Shown here in pieces: positions 50,181 through 58,400 of a stretch of DNA of 64,000 bases (its first letter is position 1; the number at the start of each line of letters is the position of its first letter). A model generated the notes under the pieces. That model was not told where the DNA came from, ran no database searches, and saw only the letters and a program-made list of their open reading frames with translations. Position numbers and translations under genes: made by a program. Source of the stretch: an uncultured Gemmatimonadales bacterium (lineage in GTDB: Bacteria; Gemmatimonadota; Gemmatimonadetes; Gemmatimonadales; GWC2-71-9); contig CAVZZO010000003.1 in NCBI GenBank assembly GCA_963779755.1, positions 576,001 through 640,000 on the forward strand. The letters are read 5' to 3'.

Positions 50181-50284
50181 CGGGGATCAGGAATCAGGAA
50201 TCAGGAATCAGGAATCAGGGATCAGGGATCAGGAATTGGGGATCGGGGAACCGGGATCAGGGATTGTCCCGATTCCTGATTCCT
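50181..50284. repeat. GGRATCA heptamer array (about 12 units) with short inverted tail
   Basis: gggatca ggaatca x4 gggatca x2 ggaattg gggatcg gggaacc gggatca gggattg, then tcccgat tcctgat tcct. Confidence 0.9.
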
Positions 50285-52235
50285 ATTGCGGTTCCGGTGC
50301 AAACGACCACTGGGTCCATCCCGCCACCGGCTTGCCGTCCTTTTCCGCCGGCTTCCAGCGAACCGCCCGGGCAAAGCGGCGAGCCACCCGCTCGAAGACC
50401 AGATCGTTCGACGGGGTGAATTCCCGCACCTGTTGCGTCTGGCCCTCCGCCGAAACGTACACCAGAAGCACGGTGGGACGGGGAATCCCCTGCACTTCCG
50501 GGGGTAGCGGCACGAAGGTGGGCCCCAGCGGCCGGGGCCGGACATCATAGCAGGCGTGCTCCGCATTGTACCCGGGCCCGGGCTCGGCGCACCCGGCGGC
50601 GGCCGTTCGGGCCTGGGCCAGGCGGCGAACGGCGGTGCGCCGAGCGGTCGCGGGCGCTCCCACCGGGGTCAGCGCGGGGGTGAGGTCGAGCTGGCTGTCG
50701 GCGGCGACCCTGATGGTATCGGTATAGAACTCGTGGCGCGGCGCCGAGATGGCGAGTACGTGCGGCCCGGCCGAGAGGCGCGTGATCGGCTCGAGGACCG
50801 GTCGCTCGTCGATCAGCACGGTGCTGCCCCGCGGGAGGTTCAACACCCGGACACTGCCGCTCTCCGCCGGAGCCGCCGCGACCGCACCGGCCGCCGCGGC
50901 GAGCCCGCCGGCTCCGGTATCCGGAGCGGAGGGAGGCCCGACAATGGAGCCCCCCGGCGACTCGGAAGCGGAGCGCAGGGTGTCTCCGCGGGGCGGGTCC
51001 GGGGCCGTGGCCGACGGCAGACTGTCCGTCGCCGCCGGCGTGGCCGGCGCGGCGGCCGGTCGCAGGCCGAACCAGTAGGCGGCCCCGGCAGCCCCGGCCG
51101 CCAGCACAATCAGAAAGATCCAGACGCCGGTAAAGGACGCCTGCTGCTGCCGCCGCCGGGCCACCGGCCGGCGGGTCGGGCGGCCGATGGCGGGAGCGGG
51201 CGCAGTGGCGGCCTCCGCGGCCGGCAGCGGGGTCGTAGGCTGCGACGTCACCCGCGGGCCGGCGGCGCGGGTCGCGCGGGCCGCGGCGCCGGCATCGCTG
51301 ACCGCATCGCCCGCCAGGGCGCCGATCAGCTCCTCGCCGTCGTGGAAGCGTTCGTGCGGGTCCTTGGCCATCATCTTCCGGATGACCTCGAACAACCGGC
51401 GCTCGTCGGGCGATGCCAGGTCGGGCACAGGAATCGGCTCCATGATGTGCTTGTAGCCGATGGAAAAGCTGTCTGCGCCCTCGTAGGGCACCCGCCCCGT
51501 CAGGCACTGGAACGCGACCACCCCCAGGCTGTAGATGTCGCTGCGGCCGTCGGTGGATTGCGCCCGCGCCTGTTCCGGACTCATGTAGTGCGGCGTCCCG
51601 ATGGACATGCCGGTCCCCGTAAGCCGCTGCCCGCTGGCGGCCTTGGCAATGCCGAAATCGGTCACCACGCAGGCGCCGAACTCGTCAAACATGAGGTTGT
51701 CGGGCTTGATGTCGCGGTGCACCGTGCCGCGGCGGGCGGCATAGCCCAGCGCGCTGCCGGTTTCGATCAGGATGCGGCGAATCTCGGGCGGGGTGAGCCG
51801 TTCGCGGTGGTAGAGCAGTTGCGAGAGCGAGCCGCCGCGGAGGAACTTCATGACGAAATAGGTCACCCGGCCGGCGCGGCCGACGCGATAGATCGGGATG
51901 ATATTGGGATGCTCGAGCTGCGCGGCGGTGCGGGCTTCGCGCTGAAACCGCTCGACGAATTCCTGGTCGAACGCCAGCGAGAACGGCAGCACCTTGACCG
52001 CCACCTCGCGGTCCAGGTGGCGTTCCCTGGCGCGGAAGACGATGGCCATCCCGCCCCGCCCCAGCTCCTGCAGAACTTCGTACTCCTGCGCCAGCGCTTC
52101 GGTGACGATATCCTGCTCGGTGACGCTGCCGTCGGCCAGGCCCCGCACCGGGGTGGTCGGCGTCAGGTCGAGACCGCAGTGGCTACAGTGCCGGGCATTA
52201 TCGTCGAGGGACGTTCCGCAGCGGGAACAGAACAT
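50283..52235 (-). CDS. Hanks-type Ser/Thr kinase: zinc ribbon, kinase, TM, PEGA-like, TonB-C-like
   Basis: CSRC..CSHC; GRGGM, VAVK, HRDIKPDN, DFG, MSPEQ; C-terminal VSAEG...WKPAEKDGKPV. Confidence 0.9.
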   Translation of the reverse strand: MFCSRCGTSLDDNARHCSHCGLDLTPTTPVRGLADGSVTEQDIVTEALAQEYEVLQELGRGGMAIVFRARERHLDREVAVKVLPFSLAFDQEFVERFQREARTAAQLEHPNIIPIYRVGRAGRVTYFVMKFLRGGSLSQLLYHRERLTPPEIRRILIETGSALGYAARRGTVHRDIKPDNLMFDEFGACVVTDFGIAKAASGQRLTGTGMSIGTPHYMSPEQARAQSTDGRSDIYSLGVVAFQCLTGRVPYEGADSFSIGYKHIMEPIPVPDLASPDERRLFEVIRKMMAKDPHERFHDGEELIGALAGDAVSDAGAAARATRAAGPRVTSQPTTPLPAAEAATAPAPAIGRPTRRPVARRRQQQASFTGVWIFLIVLAAGAAGAAYWFGLRPAAAPATPAATDSLPSATAPDPPRGDTLRSASESPGGSIVGPPSAPDTGAGGLAAAAGAVAAAPAESGSVRVLNLPRGSTVLIDERPVLEPITRLSAGPHVLAISAPRHEFYTDTIRVAADSQLDLTPALTPVGAPATARRTAVRRLAQARTAAAGCAEPGPGYNAEHACYDVRPRPLGPTFVPLPPEVQGIPRPTVLLVYVSAEGQTQQVREFTPSNDLVFERVARRFARAVRWKPAEKDGKPVAGWTQWSFAPEPQ

Positions 52236-52279
52236 GACGCGAAGATTCGCCAGCGAGCGGGCAGGCGTCAAGCCACCTC

Positions 52280-53860
52280 TCACCCCTTCCCTATTGTGAA
52301 CTCCTGCTCCCGCTCCACCGTCTGCCCTGCGGCATCGCGGATCACCACACGCAGGCTGTAATCTCCCGGGGTCAGGCGCGACAGATCGAGCGTGCGGTTG
52401 GCGCGGGTCGTGGCGCCCGCAGCCTGCTCTTCGAAGCCGATCCGGATCGCCTCCTCACTCCTGCCGAACAGCTTCTGCACCTTGCGGACGACGGTCAGCT
52501 GGGTGCGGTAGGTGGTGCCCGGCGCCAGGCCCAGGACGACATAGTCCACCGTCATGGTGGCGCCGGCGGGGAAATTGGCCGTGGGGTTGAACCAGATGGT
52601 ATCGTCCGGGGCGCGGACCCACCCGGGCCCGATGCTGCGCAGGCCGAGCACCAAGGCTCCGATCGCCAGGGTCTGCGGAGGCGAGGCATCGAGCAATTCC
52701 GGCGCCAGCAGCCGGCCGGAGGAGTCGCCTACCTGCACCGCCAGCCGCCATGCCAGCCGCTCGGCCGGCACCTGGAGAGCGTCGCGCCAGGCCAGGATGC
52801 GGCCGGCGGGCGGTGAGGAAACGCGGAACGCGTGGGTCGTATCCAGAATGGCCACGGGAACGCCGTTGGCATCACTGAACACCACGCGCAGGCGAACCCG
52901 GTAGGCCGCGCTCTCGCTCCAGTCCTCCAGCGCGTTGCCCGGCACGGCGTACGCGACCTGTACGGTCGCGCTGTCCGGCGAGCGCGGCCCCAGCGTGTAC
53001 AATGCCGCCCAGGCCGGAATGCTTCGGGCGAAGCGGGTGGCCGCAAGATCCTGGTCCAGTGCCAGCCAGCGCCGCGCCAGGGCGCGTTTGTATTCCGCCA
53101 GCCCCAGCCCGGGGTCGCCGCCCTCCTTCACGAACAGGCGAAACGCCAGCAGCGCCGAATCGGCGTTGCCGAATTCCCGCTCTGCGCGGCCCCACCAGAG
53201 CAGAAATGCCGGGTCCTTCCGGGCATCGGTGGTATCGGCCTCGCGCACGGCATCCAGAATGATATTGGGGCGGGGATCGTTGAGGGTGGGATTCCCCTCG
53301 GCCCGCACCAGGCCGATCGCGGCGGGCACGAAACCGGGATCGACATCGAGCGCCTGCTGAAAGAAACCGCTGGCCCGGCGGTAGGGATCGCTCTTGAAGG
53401 CTGCGGCAAGCCGGTTCTTGGTGTTGTTTACCGTGTCGCCCCGCGCCAGCTCGGCCTCGCCGCGGAGCCACCAGGCATAGGGCCAGTCCGGTTTCATCCG
53501 CGCTGCCTCGCCGAAGTCCGCCATGGCGGCCTCGGTGGCATGGCGCACCCGCAGCCGCGCCAGCCGGAGAAAGGCCAGTCCCATGCGGAGCCGTTCCATG
53601 GCGCTCTGGCCGGGGCGCCCCAGCTCGATCCGTCCGGTGGCATAGTAGGTGGGCCAGGAGGCCCGGCGCAGCTGCCGCATGGCCGCCGGCAGCGCGGCGG
53701 AATCGGTCAGCAGCGCCAGAGAATCGCGCAGCGAGTCCAGCGCGGCGCGCTGTGACGGCGTCTGGGCCGGGGACGCGGACGGGGCCAGAGACAGTACCGA
53801 CAGCAGCAGGAATGACCCCGCCAGGCGGAGCGCACGCCCCTTGGAGCGGGGCAGGCTCAT
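52280..53860 (-). CDS. GWxTD-family-related exported TPR protein lacking the core motif
   Basis: N-terminus (RAALDSLRDSL, PDWPYAW) and C-terminus (FNPT, LTPGDYSL) match the neighbours; no DDRG.IY motif. Confidence 0.75.
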   Translation of the reverse strand: MSLPRSKGRALRLAGSFLLLSVLSLAPSASPAQTPSQRAALDSLRDSLALLTDSAALPAAMRQLRRASWPTYYATGRIELGRPGQSAMERLRMGLAFLRLARLRVRHATEAAMADFGEAARMKPDWPYAWWLRGEAELARGDTVNNTKNRLAAAFKSDPYRRASGFFQQALDVDPGFVPAAIGLVRAEGNPTLNDPRPNIILDAVREADTTDARKDPAFLLWWGRAEREFGNADSALLAFRLFVKEGGDPGLGLAEYKRALARRWLALDQDLAATRFARSIPAWAALYTLGPRSPDSATVQVAYAVPGNALEDWSESAAYRVRLRVVFSDANGVPVAILDTTHAFRVSSPPAGRILAWRDALQVPAERLAWRLAVQVGDSSGRLLAPELLDASPPQTLAIGALVLGLRSIGPGWVRAPDDTIWFNPTANFPAGATMTVDYVVLGLAPGTTYRTQLTVVRKVQKLFGRSEEAIRIGFEEQAAGATTRANRTLDLSRLTPGDYSLRVVIRDAAGQTVEREQEFTIGKG

Positions 53861-55995
53861 GAGCCCTCGTCCGGTTTGCGCAGGGCGAAGGCCGCCTCCG
53901 CATCGGCCACATGGCCGGCGGCGTCGGTAATGCGCACGCGCAGCCGGTAGTCGCCAGGTTTGAGCCGGCCCAGGCCGACGGCGCGGGACTCGCGGTCCAC
54001 GCCGCCCTGGGCGATCTCGTCGAAGCGAATGCGGACGTCCTCCTTGCGGCCCTTGCGGCCGATGGTCAGCTCGGTCTGGTAGTTACTGCCGGCGCGCAAT
54101 CCGTAGACTTCGTAATAGAGCCGGATGGTCTGGTCCGGGGTAAAGGAGGCGAACGGATTGAAGTACACCGTGTCCTCCGGCACCGGCATCCAGACCGGCC
54201 CACCTTTGCGCCCCAGCACCAGATCGCTCAGCACCGGATCCTCGCTCCGGGCGGAGGGAATGCTCAGCGAGTCGCCCTCCGTTACCGCGCCCAGGCTGTC
54301 CCCGGCCGATACGGCCAGCCGGGCGACGCGCCGGCCCGGTGGTGAGGCGAGCGTCACGCTCCCTCCGACCCAGCCGCCCCCTTCGCCCGACGGCGCGAGC
54401 TCGGTATCGCCCGAGGAGACCGGCTCACCCTCGGCGCTGGTAATGGCCGCCCGTACCCGCAGCGGGCGGCCGATGCCGCCCCCGGCGGTATCGGCCGGCA
54501 GGGATCGGGCCGGCACGGCCCAGACGAAGTGCACCAGAGTGCCCTCGCGGGAGCGGCCCACCGCCAGGATCTGATAGGCCAGTGGGAGGTCGCGGGCGAA
54601 GACCAGCGCATAGCGATCGCTGGTCACCCCCTCCTGAATGTCGTCCTCCGCCTGCCAGCGGGCCTCGTTGGCGTAATGGGCAAAGCTGGCCGAACCCGCA
54701 TCCGCCACCGCCAGGCGCCCGAACAGTTTGTTCCAGCGGGTGATGCCGGAGAGATAGTTGAAACGGTCGGGACAGTTCAGGACCGATTCCAGCAAACGGT
54801 AGTCCTCGCCGCCCGAATGGGGGGCGAAGTGAAAATACAGGTCGCCGCCCGGGCGCTTGTAGCGCCAGGAGACGCAACTGCCCACGTCGAGCCGGTAGAC
54901 CTCGGTGGGCACGCCATGGCGAATGTAGATCTCGCCCCGGTCATCGAACTCACGCTGGCTGGCGTGATAGGCTTCGAACCCCGCATACCGCCGGCGCAGG
55001 GGCAGGCGGCGGAAGTGGCGAACGGCGTAGAAGATGCGGCGGTAATGCTCCTCCAGCCGTTCCCCGTTCCGCCGCAGATCGGCCCGATCGCGGCGGCGCC
55101 AGAAATCGGCCAGGAAGGCCGCTCTCGCCCCGCCGCGCAGCGCATCGAGCCGCTCCAGGGTGGAGTCCCCGGCGATGATCGCGATGTCGCGCCGCAGCAC
55201 CGCCAGGGCGGCGGAGTCGTCGCCCGCCGCGATCTCGTAGTAGTATGCCCGCCCCTCGGGGCGCCCCAGCGCCAGCAGGGTGCGGCCGAGCTCGAGCTTC
55301 CCCCGGGCCTGGTCGCCGCCGGCCGCCAGGTAGGCGCGAAAGGCGGCGACGGCCGAGTCGGGATCGCCGGCCGAGCGCTCGATGATGCCCAGGGAAAACA
55401 GCAGTTCGGGTGTGCGGGCGCCGGGCACGGCCGCCGCCCGTCGCAGCGCGGTGAGCGCGGCCTCGGGATCGGGATTCAGGCGGTCGCGCTCCACCACGCT
55501 CACCAGGGTCACCGCCGCCGGACTGAACGCGCTGTCGAGCTCGAGCGCCCGGTGCAGGTCGCGCTGCGCCAGCCGAGCCGGATCGGTGCGGAACAGTCCC
55601 CGGACCCGGGTGATCACCTTGTAACTGGTATCCATGGTGCCGGCTTCGGCCAGACCCAGCCCGTACCAGGGATAGGCCCAGTCGGGCTCGAGGTCGGCCG
55701 CCCACTGGAACTCCGAGCCGGCATCGTCGAAGCGCGAGCGGCTGCCCAGCTGCGCCAGCCGCAGGTTGACCAGCCCGATCCGCAGGTGCCGGTAGGCGTC
55801 GTCCCGGTCCACGCGGGCGGTGTCGACCATCCGGGCTTCCAGCACCGCCAGGGCGGCCGTATCCGTTTCCTGGGAGAGCGAGTCGCGGAAGCGTTCCAGG
55901 GCGCCGACGCGGGCGGACTCCTGGCCGCAGACCGGCGCCGCGCCCAGGGCCAGCAATGCGGCCAGGCCGGCGAACCGCACCAGCCTCGCGCTCAC
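53857..55995 (-). CDS. GWxTD-like domain exported protein
   Basis: Signal peptide, TPR-like helices, FWRRRD...RLEEHYRR, FDDRGEIYIRHGVP. Confidence 0.82.
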   Translation of the reverse strand: MSARLVRFAGLAALLALGAAPVCGQESARVGALERFRDSLSQETDTAALAVLEARMVDTARVDRDDAYRHLRIGLVNLRLAQLGSRSRFDDAGSEFQWAADLEPDWAYPWYGLGLAEAGTMDTSYKVITRVRGLFRTDPARLAQRDLHRALELDSAFSPAAVTLVSVVERDRLNPDPEAALTALRRAAAVPGARTPELLFSLGIIERSAGDPDSAVAAFRAYLAAGGDQARGKLELGRTLLALGRPEGRAYYYEIAAGDDSAALAVLRRDIAIIAGDSTLERLDALRGGARAAFLADFWRRRDRADLRRNGERLEEHYRRIFYAVRHFRRLPLRRRYAGFEAYHASQREFDDRGEIYIRHGVPTEVYRLDVGSCVSWRYKRPGGDLYFHFAPHSGGEDYRLLESVLNCPDRFNYLSGITRWNKLFGRLAVADAGSASFAHYANEARWQAEDDIQEGVTSDRYALVFARDLPLAYQILAVGRSREGTLVHFVWAVPARSLPADTAGGGIGRPLRVRAAITSAEGEPVSSGDTELAPSGEGGGWVGGSVTLASPPGRRVARLAVSAGDSLGAVTEGDSLSIPSARSEDPVLSDLVLGRKGGPVWMPVPEDTVYFNPFASFTPDQTIRLYYEVYGLRAGSNYQTELTIGRKGRKEDVRIRFDEIAQGGVDRESRAVGLGRLKPGDYRLRVRITDAAGHVADAEAAFALRKPDEGS

Positions 55996-58274
55996 CGGCG
56001 CGACACCCGGCCCCGGTCGGAGGAGACTTCGAAACCTGCCAGCCGTTCCAGCATGCGGCCATCCGGGGCAGTGATGACAAGCCGGAGCACGTACTGGCCC
56101 GGCTTGAGCCGGTCGAGCTGTACGGTGCGGCGGCTGGGAGAAACCAGGCCCAGGCTGCGCTCCTGGAACCGCAGGCTGATGCTGGCCTTGCCGCCGCCCA
56201 GCAGTTTGCTCAGGCCGCCGGCCCGCTTGGAGATCTCGAGCAGCGTCTCGTACTGGGTGTCGCGCTGCAGGCCTCCGACCTCATAGAACAGTTCCATCTC
56301 GCCGTCGCGCGGGAAGACGCCGGTCGGGTTGAAGAACACGGTGTCGCCGGAGCTGCGCACCCAGTGCAGATTGGCATCGCGCCAGCCCAGCACCACCGAG
56401 CTCAACGAGAAGGCCGAGCCGTCGTACCGGCCCACGAAGATGGAATCGCGCGGGGTCACGGTGCCGGTGCTGTCGCCCTGTTCCACCGCCACCCGGTAGT
56501 AGAGCTCGCCGTTGGGCACCGGCAACGCCATGCGGCCCACCAGGTTCTCTTCCTCCGGTACGGGCTCCGGGCTCAGCAGATAGCGGGTGGTGTCGATGCT
56601 GCCGACGGCGCGTCCGTCACGGTCCAGCGCGGCGACGCGCAACCGCACCGGATAGACGTAGCCCTGCGGCACTTTCTGCGGCGTCAGCGCCTTGCCGGGA
56701 ATGGCCCAGGTCACCTGCAGCAGTTCGAGATCCCGCTCATGCCCCACCGCCATGACGTCGGTCCGGGCCTGGAGCTGGCGCTGATACTGCAGCTCGTAGC
56801 TGTCGGTCGAGGTGCCGGTCTGGATGCTGCGCTGGCCCGTGGCGCGCTCCTGCGAGCCCAGGCTCATCAGCCCGGCCGCGCCGGCCCCGCGCAGCCGCTG
56901 GTAGATGGGCGAGATCCGGTCACGCGATTCCAGCAGCCGGTCGACCCGATTCCGCAGCACCGTATCCTCGCTGCCGTTCTGCATGCTGAGCAGCGTGCCG
57001 AAGCCAAGCACATCGAACAGGCTGGCCACCAGCTTGTAATCCTGCACGTCCTCCCGCGCGACGAAATGGAAGACCAGGTCGCCGCCGGGGCGCGCGTAGC
57101 GCCAGGTTTCGTTGGGCTCGATGCCGGGCAGCGCCAGCCGGGCCCGTTCGGTCGGTTCGCCCTGGCGGATGTAGATCACGCCCCGGTCGTCGAAGTCCTC
57201 GCTGTTGGAGCGGTAGACCTCGGAGATGTCGTAGTGACGGTGCAGGCTGGCCAGCGCGAAGTTTTCCTGCGCGTAGTGGATGCGCCGGTAGTGCTCCCGC
57301 AGCCGGGCGCCGCTCTGGCGCAGGTCGGCCCGGTCCCGGGCGGCCCAGAAGGAGCGCAGCCAGCGCTCCCGCGCCACGCCCTGCCGCCGGTCGAATTCGG
57401 CCAGCGTGGTGTCATCGGCGATATACGCCAGGTCCTTGCGGTACTCGGCCACCGCGGTGCTGTCGTTCAGCGAGGCGCCATGGAAATAGTTGGCCACCCC
57501 GGACATGCTGCCGGCGGCGAACTGGGTGCGGGCAAGCTCCAGCAGACCCAGCGCCTGGTCGGGGCCGGTTTCCACGTAGCGGGTGAACGCCGCCAGCGCC
57601 GAATCGATACTGCCGGCCAGCCGCTCCACCCGGCCCCGGACCAGCAATACCTCGGGGTTGCTCGCCGCCGCGGTTGCACCGGCCGCGCGCAGCGCTTCAC
57701 GTGCCAGGTCGAGCTTGATGTTGATCCGCTGGCCCAGGGCAGTGTTGGCCAGCTCCACCAGCCCCTTCACAAAGGAAGGATCCACCTGGGCGGCGTGCGC
57801 AAAGGCCAGAGCCCCCTTGGAGAGATGGTCCTTCCCGAACAGGTTCTGCAGCCCCGCGATCAGCGAGATCTCGGGCTCGCCAACCCCGAGCTCCGCCAGC
57901 CCCAGGCCGTACCAGGCATAGGGCCACTTCGGCTGCAGATCGGTGGCCCATTCGAACTCGCTGCCGGCATCTTCATAGTGCTGCTTATCGCCGAAATCGC
58001 CCAGCCGCAAGGCGAGGAACCCGAGCCGGAGGTGCAGCAGGGTATCGTTACGATGGGTCCGGGCGGAGTCGATCAGGTGCTGCTCCAGCGTCTCCAGCCC
58101 GACGCTGTCCGTCACCGCGGCCAGCGAGTCGCGAAAGCGTTCGATCGCGGCGCGATCGTCGGGCGACTGGGCATGCAGGGAACGGAGCGGCAGACCGGCG
58201 AGCAGGCAGCAGAGCAGGCCGGCAGCCGGTGCAACGGTCCTGACGGGACGGAACAGGGGGGAATGCAGAGTCAT
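55992..58274 (-). CDS. GWxTD-like domain exported protein
   Basis: Signal peptide, TPR-like helices, FWAARD...RLREHYRR, FDDRGVIYIRQGEP, PNETWRY. Confidence 0.82.
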   Translation of the reverse strand: MTLHSPLFRPVRTVAPAAGLLCCLLAGLPLRSLHAQSPDDRAAIERFRDSLAAVTDSVGLETLEQHLIDSARTHRNDTLLHLRLGFLALRLGDFGDKQHYEDAGSEFEWATDLQPKWPYAWYGLGLAELGVGEPEISLIAGLQNLFGKDHLSKGALAFAHAAQVDPSFVKGLVELANTALGQRINIKLDLAREALRAAGATAAASNPEVLLVRGRVERLAGSIDSALAAFTRYVETGPDQALGLLELARTQFAAGSMSGVANYFHGASLNDSTAVAEYRKDLAYIADDTTLAEFDRRQGVARERWLRSFWAARDRADLRQSGARLREHYRRIHYAQENFALASLHRHYDISEVYRSNSEDFDDRGVIYIRQGEPTERARLALPGIEPNETWRYARPGGDLVFHFVAREDVQDYKLVASLFDVLGFGTLLSMQNGSEDTVLRNRVDRLLESRDRISPIYQRLRGAGAAGLMSLGSQERATGQRSIQTGTSTDSYELQYQRQLQARTDVMAVGHERDLELLQVTWAIPGKALTPQKVPQGYVYPVRLRVAALDRDGRAVGSIDTTRYLLSPEPVPEEENLVGRMALPVPNGELYYRVAVEQGDSTGTVTPRDSIFVGRYDGSAFSLSSVVLGWRDANLHWVRSSGDTVFFNPTGVFPRDGEMELFYEVGGLQRDTQYETLLEISKRAGGLSKLLGGGKASISLRFQERSLGLVSPSRRTVQLDRLKPGQYVLRLVITAPDGRMLERLAGFEVSSDRGRVSRR

Positions 58275-58400
58275 CCGAAAATCCTTCGCCAGCCGGCCCG
58301 CCCCCGGGCCGGGGGAGGCGGATGGCTGTTGCCATACCTGAGGGTCACACCGATATCCCCGGTTGTCAATGGAAAGGCGGCTCTTCCGGCGCCCCGGAAG

